From Pecten maximus (taxonomy: Eukaryota): a stretch of DNA of 64,000 nucleotides. A program made the position numbers and the translations under genes. Positions 41,780-52,477 of this stretch are shown piece after piece. The stretch spans positions 16,120,001 through 16,184,000 of the forward strand of contig NC_047025.1 of NCBI RefSeq assembly GCF_902652985.1, in the 5' to 3' direction. Position 1 is the stretch's first letter. Each line of letters starts with the position of its first letter. The notes below the pieces were generated by a model. It searched no databases. It was not told the DNA's origin and saw only the letters and a list, made by a program, of their open reading frames with translations.

Positions 41780-44107
41780 ACCAGTGTCACTTTTACAGCT
41801 ATCTCCCACCTCGACACTTGTTACTGGAAACAGGATTGATTGCAAGCTGTGGGTTTAGGAAATAAAAGACAAAATGTTTGAGTGATAATATTGCAAATAT
41901 TTTGTCAAAAAAGATGTGAATTTTCAGAGACAAATAAGTAAACAATACATTGGAATCTGACGTTGGAATATTTGACTCTTTGGAAATTGGGGAAATGTTT
42001 GTGCGGTAAGATATAAATCCTATGGGGAAAAAGTATGTGTGAACTTGTATTTTCATTGCAGGGATCAATGTTGCTGTGTCTGTTCAATATATACCAGGTA
42101 TACATTTGAACTTAAATCTCACACAGGTGTGATATACTTGTTAAAGGATGAAGACAGGAGACTATGTTGATTCTATACCCAGTTTTACAGATTATGATAA
42201 TCATGTGTTTACATTTCAGTGAATGAAACAGCAGATATGTGTTCCATGAAATCAAAGATGATGTGATGGACCAATCACAGAGCTTGTATTATGTTTTGAT
42301 GGAAGACTGTGATTATGAATGGACCAATCACTCACCTTGTTAATTGTAATGATGGAAAAGGTTTTGCAAAGGTAACCATGAGTATAAGACAGAATGTAAT
42401 TTTTACATTATTTCAGAATTTATGTTAAGAACATGTGCCAGACTAGTTCTAGATATGTGCATCAGCTGTGTTTGTTTGTACTAAACTAGGTAAGTCACAC
42501 TTTTTCACATCATCTTGAAACTCGAATGTTGTTGTCATGAGGATACAAAATTTCAATCTGTCTGTACAGGTAAAGTGTGCTGTGCTATTTTCAACATTGA
42601 ATGCAATTTAGATAGCAATATAAAAACAATTGTCAAAAATCCAGCACATTGTACAATGCAATACTTCACCTATTTTTTACTTGGAATTGTAAACACTTTC
42701 ATACTGGTACCTTCTTTTTTTAATTAAGCTTAATAATATTTACATATAAAAATCAAAAAAAGTTATGTTGAAGAGTAATGTTAATTTTCTCATTAAATTT
42801 TTTTTCTTGTTGTATTTCATTCTTCATTTTTAACCTATTGTAAGATTATGCCATTGATTTTTATTTTTTTTTTATTGTTAGAGCATGATTTGGTATCAAA
42901 AACTCTTCCCCTAAATTATTTTGACTTTTTCATTCCAGGTCAGGCAGCTTAGGCCAGACCTAACCGCCGTTGACAGCTTACGTTGTCATATAACTCAGAT
43001 AAGTCTTTACACTTATACATCTCATCATCTGAAACCATTATTTTTATAACAAGAATTTTTAAACCCATCTTCAGCTTCAAAAAAAAATTTGGATAGCATT
43101 TATTTTGAAGGTACCAAAAGATTTTTTTTGTAAGAAAATTGAACTACTGATGTTGGTTTGATATAAGAAATCACTGATATATATCGGAACAAGTGTCACA
43201 TTCTGTACCAAACACTGAATTATTTTACTTTTCATACTGTTCTGGATTTAAAATGCTATAAAGGTCCATCTTTTTCATGATCCTTTGTAGTTGGTAGCAG
43301 CTATAGTTGATTTAACTTGTAACCATATTGAATTAAGAGAGGTGAAAATCTCTAAAATTGTATATTTCTTTCCGTTTGGACAGATACAACTATGGATTAA
43401 AATTTCCAAGCCATATCTTAAGTTTTCCTGTTTTATTCAGTGGTAACTACATTTCTTACTCGTGAGATTCTATTTAATGTTTACTACTGCCTTTGTGGTC
43501 GGTTGAATGTCTTCTCTTCTCCAGTAGATGTGGAAAAACGTGAATCTATAGAAAAAAATGTACTTCATATTCGTTCTCTTCAAATCAGCACTGTGTTTCA
43601 TATCTTATATAAAAAAATGTATATAATTACCAGTTGGAGAAATTTATTAAATTTTATTGAATTAATTAATATTGTCAAAAAGAATTACCTATATACATTT
43701 GATGTACACTGTTTTTTAATAATTTATCATAGCTACTGGAGCACAGAAACTTTCAGAAAAATCTAATGGAATGATTAGAGACAATATAAAAAACAAAAAT
43801 ATATTAAACAAATATGACAACTCCCTTGGTTAAAGTTTATAGGAAAATGCACTCCAAGGATAGTGAAGAAGTGATTTTGACAAGCTTTTTCATGGTTAGA
43901 TCAAAAAGATTCTATAATAAAGAGTTGGATAAATTGAAAAAAGATAATAAAAGTTACCAGACAAATTAGCAAATGACGAGAAATGTTTGTAACATGGAGG
44001 AATCCTCAAACATTGTAATTCTTCTCTTTTGCATCCATCTGGTTCGAGAGCTGTTCCGTCTTCAGGGGCGACTGGTCACGAAATAATCGCTACAATGGCA
44101 GCCTCAT

Positions 44108-44128
44108 GTTACCATGGAAACAGGAAGT
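44108..44128. promoter_or_regulatory. RFX X-box abutting an ETS site
   Basis: GTTACCATGGAAAC (44108-44121) and CAGGAAGT (44121-44128) in a GC-richer patch. Confidence 0.45.
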
Positions 44129-44963
44129 CAGTCAACCATGACAGATCATGTAATGTTACCCGTTCCTGGACATGACAGTCTTATTTTTAGACATGCATGA
44201 CTGAATATGTTGTTATATTTGTGCCTGTTCACTTTATTTCAGAAACCCTTTGATTTGTAATGTGCACAGAGATCAGTATTAGTTCAAAAGAATATGTGCA
44301 TGATCAGATCAGAATAAGAGAAATTATATTGTTATCAGTTATTTGTAAAAAGAATAATATGGTATGATATGGAAGTAAAACAACCTCAAGAAGTATATAT
44401 AGAAGTCTATCTTTAACCATATAACTGGTTGAGTCTACAATTTATATCGATTGTATGTTGAAATTTTCAGACACTTAAAAAGTAAATTCAAAAGAGAAAC
44501 AACAAAAATGTATATGTATTATTTATAGATAAAATCCAAAAACTGGATCTAAAAATAGGGGATGGAGTAAAGAATCCTGGAGGGATTATCTATGGCAGGA
44601 CTGGAGAAGACAATTAATCCTAAATTGTCAAGTGCTTTTGCTGTTTTATGTTAAAGCTGTTAAGTTTACATAAAAGTATTTATCGGCATGGAAACCATTT
44701 TAATACAAGTGCTGCACATGTAAACTATGTAATGGATTTTTTTACGTGAGAATATGTATTGTCTAAAGGAATCTTCTGCATGTCCAACATCCAAAAAGCT
44801 TACATATTAAAAATGGAGATGTACGTAGCTTTTACTCAAGGAAAGATATATTTACACAGAAAAAAAAGTCCAGCCCCTGCTCTCAGTCCTTATAATAATC
44901 CCTGAAGATGCCACACTAATTAATAAGGTCTTTCCATCTCTAAATTTTTGAATTTCAGATTAA

Positions 44964-45135
44964 GGGGGCTCACATATACATGAAACGTAGACATTTAAAA
45001 GATATTACCAAACAAAATTTGGCATTGTTTTACATGATGACAAAAAAAAAGAACAATACAGTGTATCTTGATTTCAAAAACGTTTTGTTTTGAAACAAAA
45101 TTATATTCATATGATTGTGTGTTTGGTGAGCCCTC
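44964..45135. mobile_element. Small Kolobok-like MITE
   Basis: TTAA|GGGGGCTCAC ... GTGAGCCCTC|TTGA. Confidence 0.35.
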
Positions 45136-47329
45136 TTGAAGCGTTGTTATTTTGACATAATACTGGTTGCTTGTTTTTGTTTTCTAGGTGGCATGTCCTC
45201 ATATGGAGCCTGGACTTGACTTCACAAAGGTTGTTGATCCCTTCCTCCACCACCTACAATGTTTCTCTCGGTGTATAATAGTTATAATAGATCACGGCAT
45301 CAGTCCTCAACAGTAGATATTTGAAGGCGATATTAAAATCTTGTGTATTTTTTTATGATGACAACATAACTGATAATGAATGTAGGAGCATATACGGAGT
45401 AACTGTGTTGATTTCATCAGTCCATTTAATACTGCAATATTTGAATATTTAAAAAAAAAAAAAAAAAAAACAAAAAAAAACAAAAAAAAAACAGAGTATT
45501 GTATGTAAGATGAAGAAAGAAACAGCAGCAAAGAAGGGGAGATACTTGTTTGAGTATTTACCCGAGGAGATCGTTTTGATTCATTCGTTAAATATTTTCT
45601 GGTTCCAGAACTTTACGTGTATATTCCATGCCAAATTACGTTCTACATTTGGAATCACTTTCCTTTGAGTTTTCTCTACTGATTGCTTCAGGTTTTAGAG
45701 AGACTTACTTGAATGCAGTTATTAACTGAAGTTTAGATATTACCTAGGTAAGGCTTACCAAGGAATAAGATATGCTGATGTTGCCAAATCTATTATTGTT
45801 TTAACACAGGTGAAACACTGGTAAGTATTTACAAAAAATGTCACTTTGTCTCTCTTTTATTTGTCCTTTTTTCTCTTCTAGGTAAGGAATGTTTGCCACG
45901 TATTTTTGATCCAAAACACCTGCTGTCATTCAGTGTCAAAGGTTTAAGAGAGAGAAAAACAAGACTAGAAGGGATTTCTGAACCAGAGGAATCCATGTTT
46001 TCATTGGATTAGTTTTGAACAGCAACCGTAACTGTACGAACTGCTGTAGATATAGTGTTACCAGTGGAAGCGACTGTAAAGTACCTGTTCAAAATAAACT
46101 ATGATACATTAATGTTTACAAAGTCAATTATATTAATGAAGCAACATACCATCAATGTGAATTAAATTATATTTAAAATCCGAGCTGGAAAGGAAACATT
46201 TTAAGTACAGAAATATATGTGAAGTAGATTTTAGATATGTTTTATTGATACCAAAATTGATGTATAAAATGTGTTCAAATTCCAATAACTGTTTTTATCT
46301 TTGTCACACATAAACTGGTTTTAAACACAAGGTTAATTGTCTTCCTGTTCCAAATAGAATCCAGTATGAAGTATTAGTCACGGGACATACTGCAGTATGG
46401 AGTCTGACACTACATTAAAGGTTTCGACACCAGACTAACAACATAAAATCCTGGCGACAGACAATTGATGTCTGTCTTGTCCGAAAACCTCTTAACAATG
46501 TTGCATGTTAGACCAAATGAGCATACTGCACCACTTCTTCTTTTCTGGGAAAGTGGATGGGTGCATTTAAACCCCATACAGTCTTTTAACCAAAATGAAA
46601 AAAAATATTGACATACATTGTATATATATTTTCAGGCACCGAATCTCTAAGTGCCATGTAGTGGTAATCACCATCTGTCTATCCATCCATCCACAAAATC
46701 AGATCCTGGTTGATAACTTCTGTGTTGTAAATTGGCGTATTTAGATGTTCAATTAACAGTTACTTGGTTGAAGTGCAAGTCCAAATGTCGAACGTCAACC
46801 TCCGCGATAGAGCAGACGATTTGATGATTACGGGGATATATTGCCACGCGATGGGGCCCTTGTTACCCTGACGGTGTTCATATTTTAAACCCGATTTCAC
46901 ATGAAAACTTGTCCTCATAAATGTTTTGGTTATTATATTGGGTAATTATGGTACTGTGAAATCATTTGAATCGGACTTCATTGTATAAATTTATGAATTT
47001 AAATTTCAATCAAAAGGCAGTCAGAGTCATTCTCACATAAATGGCTTTTAATGTGGCCCTGTAATACTGGTGTTTGTGGATAAGCCTAAAATGAAATGGA
47101 TAATTAGCGTTAATGAAGAAAGTCTATTGTTGAGAACTATGTATATTACAATAACGAGGCTAAAGAGTGTACATGGCTCAGATCCATTGGGGTAGTCATA
47201 TGGTAGTTAAATTTGGCCTATAACATTCCAAAGCAACATGCCCTCTGTACTGGCCTATGTTACGTGGGACTCTCGTTTGACACCACAGGCAACTGGCAGA
47301 AATTCACAACCTTCTACCAACAACTTACG

Positions 47330-47592
47330 AAATTCATCCGGTCTGAATTTCACTGAAGTGGCTTTCATTCAGTTCCATCTTCATATAAGTGATATGATGA
47401 ATTTGGTTTCATCCGGTTTAAATTTTAAGAAACTGGGCTTTCATCCAGTTTGAAATTCACAGACGTGTTAAGATGAGTTGGACTTTCATCCAGTTTGAAA
47501 TTCACACAAGTGTTAAGATGAGTTGGACTTTCATCCAGTTTGAAATTCACACGTGATATGATGAATTGCACTTTCATCCAGTTTGAAATTCA
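47330..47592. repeat. ~45-bp tandem repeat (5-6 copies)
   Basis: GGACTTTCATCCAGTTTGAAATTCAC...GATGAGTT units. Confidence 0.8.
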
Positions 47593-47879
47593 TAGATACA
47601 CATCAGAGAGAGCAGTGTTTTAGATAATTCTTCAGAAAAAAAAAATAAAGTTAAAATCTTGGGTATGAATTGAATGCATTTTATTGCATAATGATATCAG
47701 CAATTGTGTTATGAAACGTAAAATACACAGACAAGGACAACACATGCCGTCGAGGTCCCGGACAATCCACGTAGGGTTAGTTCCCAAAACACGAGACTTG
47801 CCTAGTGTTTGGCAGCTTAAAAGGTATCTTTCCACGAGGGTTAATATTCACCTGTCTCACTTCCAATGGGGGTGAATGA

Positions 47880-48150
47880 TTATTTTACGTTATTCTATTC
47901 TTCAGAAGCTTATAAGCCTATGATACTAACATTGTTTTATCTCCCTTTTTTGTATAACGGAACAATTACAACCTGTACCCAAGATTGAGAGAAATATCCT
48001 ACCTCAAACATATAATTAAACAACTTAAACATAACTGGTGAAAAAATATCATTGTATTCAATCAAATATTCCTTAAGGATCATATCAACATCTGCTGCTT
48101 TATCTCTAGACAGACTCTTAATTACATCCAGTACTTCGCCTCGCATACTT
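47880..48150 (-). mobile_element. Degraded LINE reverse-transcriptase fragment (CR1/L2/RTE-like)
   Basis: EVLDVIKSL..DKAA.VDMI..EYL...KLFN..F..GYF..SW..V.IVPLYKKG, typical of the RT N-terminal region. Confidence 0.7.
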
Positions 48151-48598
48151 TATATCGTTTTAGCCTCAAAGAGACTTGCCCTGTTAATAATGACCTGTCC
48201 TTGTTAAAATGGATAAAGCGATTTTATAATTGTCAACCTGTTATTCTAATATTAAAGCATTAACACCTTTTGGAAATACACAGGTATGCGGTCAACGACG
48301 AGACGTTATTACACGAAAAAGAAAACTTATATACATATTTAATATACATGGTTTGCCTCCGTTAGTAATGTGATTGTTATGCCAGAAAAGGCATTGAAAA
48401 CACTAATATTTACAAACTCAGGATTATATAGTTTTTACATGATCATTCAGTTGTTATGCCTTTTCTGGCATAACACGAATGACCTGATAATATACAAATG
48501 CAAGGTAATGAACTATCTACAATAGCCGACAAATAAAATCGGGTAAAACATAACAAAGAATATAATATGAAAAAAATAAATGGTACATCTATGTTTAA

Positions 48599-49049
48599 AG
48601 AGGCTTGCCCGCAGAGAGATCAGAAAAATTGGCTAATAGAAAAAGATTTTTTACACATGACAGATTGTTGGAATTGTTGAGTTTTTCATTTTATTTTCCT
48701 TATAAAACGCTGAAAAGTGATATTAAAACCTCATTTTTAAATATTATTTATTTAATCGCAACCCGCAATAAGTCTAATTTGATTGACACATCAAAGAAAC
48801 AAGCACGTGCACAGTGCCGCACAGTGATAACTTAAAGGCAGCGTCGATTTACAAAGAAGATTTGCCGTTATATTCCATACATTTCCCTCTCGGGTTCAGT
48901 TTTAAAATGTCTTTTAAATACATATTCTGTAATTGTTTTCAAGAAATAAAGACGGAAAGCCTCTAATTTTGTCACATAGAAACGTGTACTGAAGTTTATT
49001 TAGTGATCGGAGATGTGCCGTTTACCGGTCCGTCTGCGGGTAAGCCTCT
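48599..49049. mobile_element. Kolobok-type non-autonomous DNA transposon
   Basis: TTAA TSD on both sides; TIR AGAGGCTT(G/A)CCCGCAGA matches at 16/17; AG...CT ends. Confidence 0.8.
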
Positions 49050-49070
49050 TTAAAGTCTACGTCCGAATTG

Positions 49071-49337
49071 TATGAGACGCCGTTTTACTATTTATTTTAT
49101 TCAAAAAAAGTATATTAAAAATGTACATAAGAAAATAGTCTTGTTTTTTTTTTATGTAAAAATACTGAAATGATGAAGAGGCGCCTAATGAGCTCATGAT
49201 ATCAGAAAATAGTAAATATTACCTTTTTATCGAAAATTATCTTTTGTGTTATCAACAATAATTCCAGATGTCAAAATTTGATTTATTGATGTCAGAAAAT
49301 ATTTTTAACTAAATAAATATCAAAACGGAGTTTCAAA
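49071..49337. mobile_element. MITE with ~28-bp imperfect TIRs
   Basis: TATGAGACGCCGTTTTACTATTTATTTTA versus the reverse complement TTTGAAACTCCGTTTTGATATTTATTTTA; internal GATATCA-like repeats. Confidence 0.5.
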
Positions 49338-49550
49338 GCAATGTAACTGATCAGTATCACATAAAGGAGACTCGCTTACTTAAATAAGACATCTGATTGT
49401 CTTAAAAAATATCGAGATCATAGACTTAAATGCCTTATAGCAATTTTTTTTTACATAAACATTGACTTCCCCAAAACATATATACAGTGGAAGGCTGTCA
49501 AGGGCGGGGCCTTGTGGTCAGCCTTTAAAATATAAACAATTTCCCTACAT

Positions 49551-49968
49551 AGGGGGGCTCTCACTCGCCACACGACACATCTCGTACGGGGGGGGGGGGG
49601 GGGGGGGGGGGCTCTCACTCGCCACACGACACATGTTACACATCTCGTACAGGGGGGGGGGGCTCTCACTCGCCACACGACACATGTTACACATCTCGTA
49701 CGGGGGGGGGGGGGGGGGGGGGGCTCTCACTCGCCACACGACACATATTCACATCTCGTACAGGGGGGCTCTCACTCGCCACACGACACATGTTACACAT
49801 CTCGTACGGGGGGGGGGGGGGGGGGGGGGGCTCTCACTCGCCACACGACACATGTTACACATCTCGTACAGGGGGGCTCTCACTCGCCACACGACACATG
49901 TTACACATCTCGTACAGGGGGGGGGGGGGGGCTCTCACTCGCCACACGACACATGTTACACATCTCGT

Positions 49969-49999
<31 letters not shown>

Positions 50000-50040
50000 T
50001 CTCACTCGCCACACGACACATGTTACACATCTCGTACTCT
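49551..50040. repeat. Poly-G minisatellite (9 units of ~39 bp separated by variable G runs)
   Basis: CTCTCACTCGCCACACGACACATGTTACACATCTCGTAC followed by G6 to ~G27. Confidence 0.92.
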
Positions 50041-50264
50041 CTCACATCAACATTACCACATAACAATAACACAAACAACTTACACTCCTCTCACCCAGTC
50101 TATCAATAACATCGAAGATGATCAATAAATGATAAATAGCAAAGTTTTCTGGAAAAAAAAGTATCCATGCACATATAATAAAATAAACAAATGCAAATAT
50201 ATTGGCTAGAATTAAGTAAATCCATGACCAGATATAAATCTCAACACTGTATATATATAAAATA

Positions 50265-50530
50265 TAACAATGAGGAAGATATATGGAGATACAGGGTCCC
50301 CTTGCCTGCAGCCTCTATACAATGTAACAAAGTTTGAAAGGAAGCCATTTTGCAATATAGCTGAAGATGTATGTTTTGTAAGAGTTTTAATCAACTGTTT
50401 TATACTTGGTCCAAAATTTAAAAAAAAAAAAAAAAAAATCAATTGCTTTTTCTATGAACTGCCATGACACTGAGTCGAATACTTTTCGAAATCAACCAAA
50501 ATAATTGAACCTGGGATGTTACTTTCTTCT
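50265..50530 (-). mobile_element. L1/Tx1 LINE RT remnant
   Basis: IPGSIILVDFEK(.)FDSVSW, then, after a frameshift, NGFLSNFV.LYRGCRQGDPVSPYIF. Confidence 0.8.
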
Positions 50531-50749
50531 GTATCTTATAGCAAAATAGCAAATTATTATTATGACAAAAATACATGATACATTCATGTTTAAAGTTCAC
50601 GTCTCCGACGAAATATGACGGATATCGAGATCATAAATTGAAAATGCATAAAAGTATATTTTCAATAATCTATATCTAAAACTAAGTCCTATAACTATTG
50701 ATAATTACTTAACGATTTACACTGGAATATAACTAAGTCACCGCGTCTA

Positions 50750-51682
50750 ATGATATCACGGAGATGATGGTATCACGGGGATGATGGTATCAAAGAGAGG
50801 ATGGTATCACGGAGATGATGGTATCACTGAGATGATGGTATCACGGGGATGATGGTATCACGGAGATGATGGTATCAAAGAAAGGATGGTATCACGGGGA
50901 TGATGGTATCAAAGAAAGGATGGTATCACGGAGATGATGGTATCAAAGAAAGGATGGTATCACGGAGATGATGGTATCAAAGAAAGGATGGTATCACGGA
51001 GATGATGGTATCACGGAGATGATGGTATCAAAGAAAGGATGGTATCACGGAGATGATGGTATCACGGAGATGATGGTATCACGGAGATGATGGTATCAAA
51101 GAAAGGATGGTATCACGGAGAGGATGGTATCAAAGAAAGAATGGTATCAAAGAAAGGATGTATCACGGGGATGATGGTATCAAAGAAAGAATGTATAACG
51201 GAGATGATGGTATCAAAAAAAAGATGGTATCACGGAGATGATGGTATCACGGAGATGATGGTATCAAAGAAAGGATGGTATCACGGAGATGATGGTATCA
51301 CGGAGATGATGGTATCAAAGAAAGGATGGTATCACGGAGATGATGGTATCAAAGGAAGGATGGTATCACGGGGATGATGGTATCAAAGAAAGAATGGTAT
51401 CAAAGAAAGGATGTATCACGGGGATGATGGTATCAAAGAAAGAATGTATAACGGAGATGATGGTATCAAAAAAAGGATGGTATCACGGAGAGGATAGTAT
51501 CACGGAGAGGATGGTATCACGGGGATGATGGTATCAAAGAAAGAATGGTATCAAAGAAAGGATGTATCACGGGGATGATGGTATCAAAGAAAGAATGTTT
51601 TTCACGGAGATGATGGTATCAAAGAAAGAATGTATCACGGAGATGATGGTATCAAAGGAAGGATGGTATCACGGAGATGATG
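50750..51682. repeat. Two-variant 17-bp minisatellite
   Basis: Interspersed ATGGTATCACGGAGATG and ATGGTATCAAAGAAAGG units. Confidence 0.93.
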
Positions 51683-51948
51683 AAATGACAAAAACGACTT
51701 GACTACGTGATGTGTTTGGAAATCTCCAACAGCCATTGTGATTATAGAAATCTGAAGAACAAAGTAAAATATTATCGATTTGTTAACCAATTTCGTTTGT
51801 ATATGTTTTAGTGTCCAAATCGTATACGTGACGCGTGATCAAACTGTTTCCCTTTGATACGATCTATTCTTCCCCAAATCCTCTGTCAAGGTATCGCTAT
51901 AGTAACTCTGATAGATCTGAATGGTACAATTAGACTCGATTATATTCA

Positions 51949-52410
51949 TACAAACAACCCCAGAGGGATCTTGGCACCCAATGTTAAATGATCTTGATTG
52001 GTTCTTTGTGTTTCAATTAGTCTCTGAATTAAACATACACAATTAAGTATAGCGAGGGACATCCTCCTCCTGTCATCAGAATTTTCAAATGTGAAAATCC
52101 AAGATAGTTGCTTAGTGGATTTTTTTCTTATCAATCTAAAATTCGAACATTTGAATATGTATTACATGGAAACTAGGGGAAACTTTTTTATGCTACTTCT
52201 TTTGAACTCAGAATTTAAAAAAATCTGTACAGCTATACAGACGTAACATGAAATACCCTTTTTCTAAATAGGCCAAATCGACTTAATATTTTACATGGAT
52301 AACGGATCTGACACATTAAAGCTATTTTTTTCACTAAGTTTCCTTTCAGTACTTCTCAAGATATAGCTACAACAAAGATTGTTTATGGACGACGAATGAA
52401 GGACGCTTTG
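51949..52410 (-). mobile_element. Degenerate copy of the 8679-10346 HINE family
   Basis: CCCAGAGGGATCTTGGCACCCA end, AAAATCCAAGAT and CCTTTCAGTACTT unit remnants, and GTTTATGGACGACG. Confidence 0.6.
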
Positions 52411-52477
52411 AACCGATAAGTTTTGCCAGTGTTTATATGTAATCATTCTACGTTTGATCTATAATCCTGTTATTAAA

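Noticed and set aside
49462-50128. Gly-rich 215-aa ORF
   Set aside because: Translation of the poly-G minisatellite.
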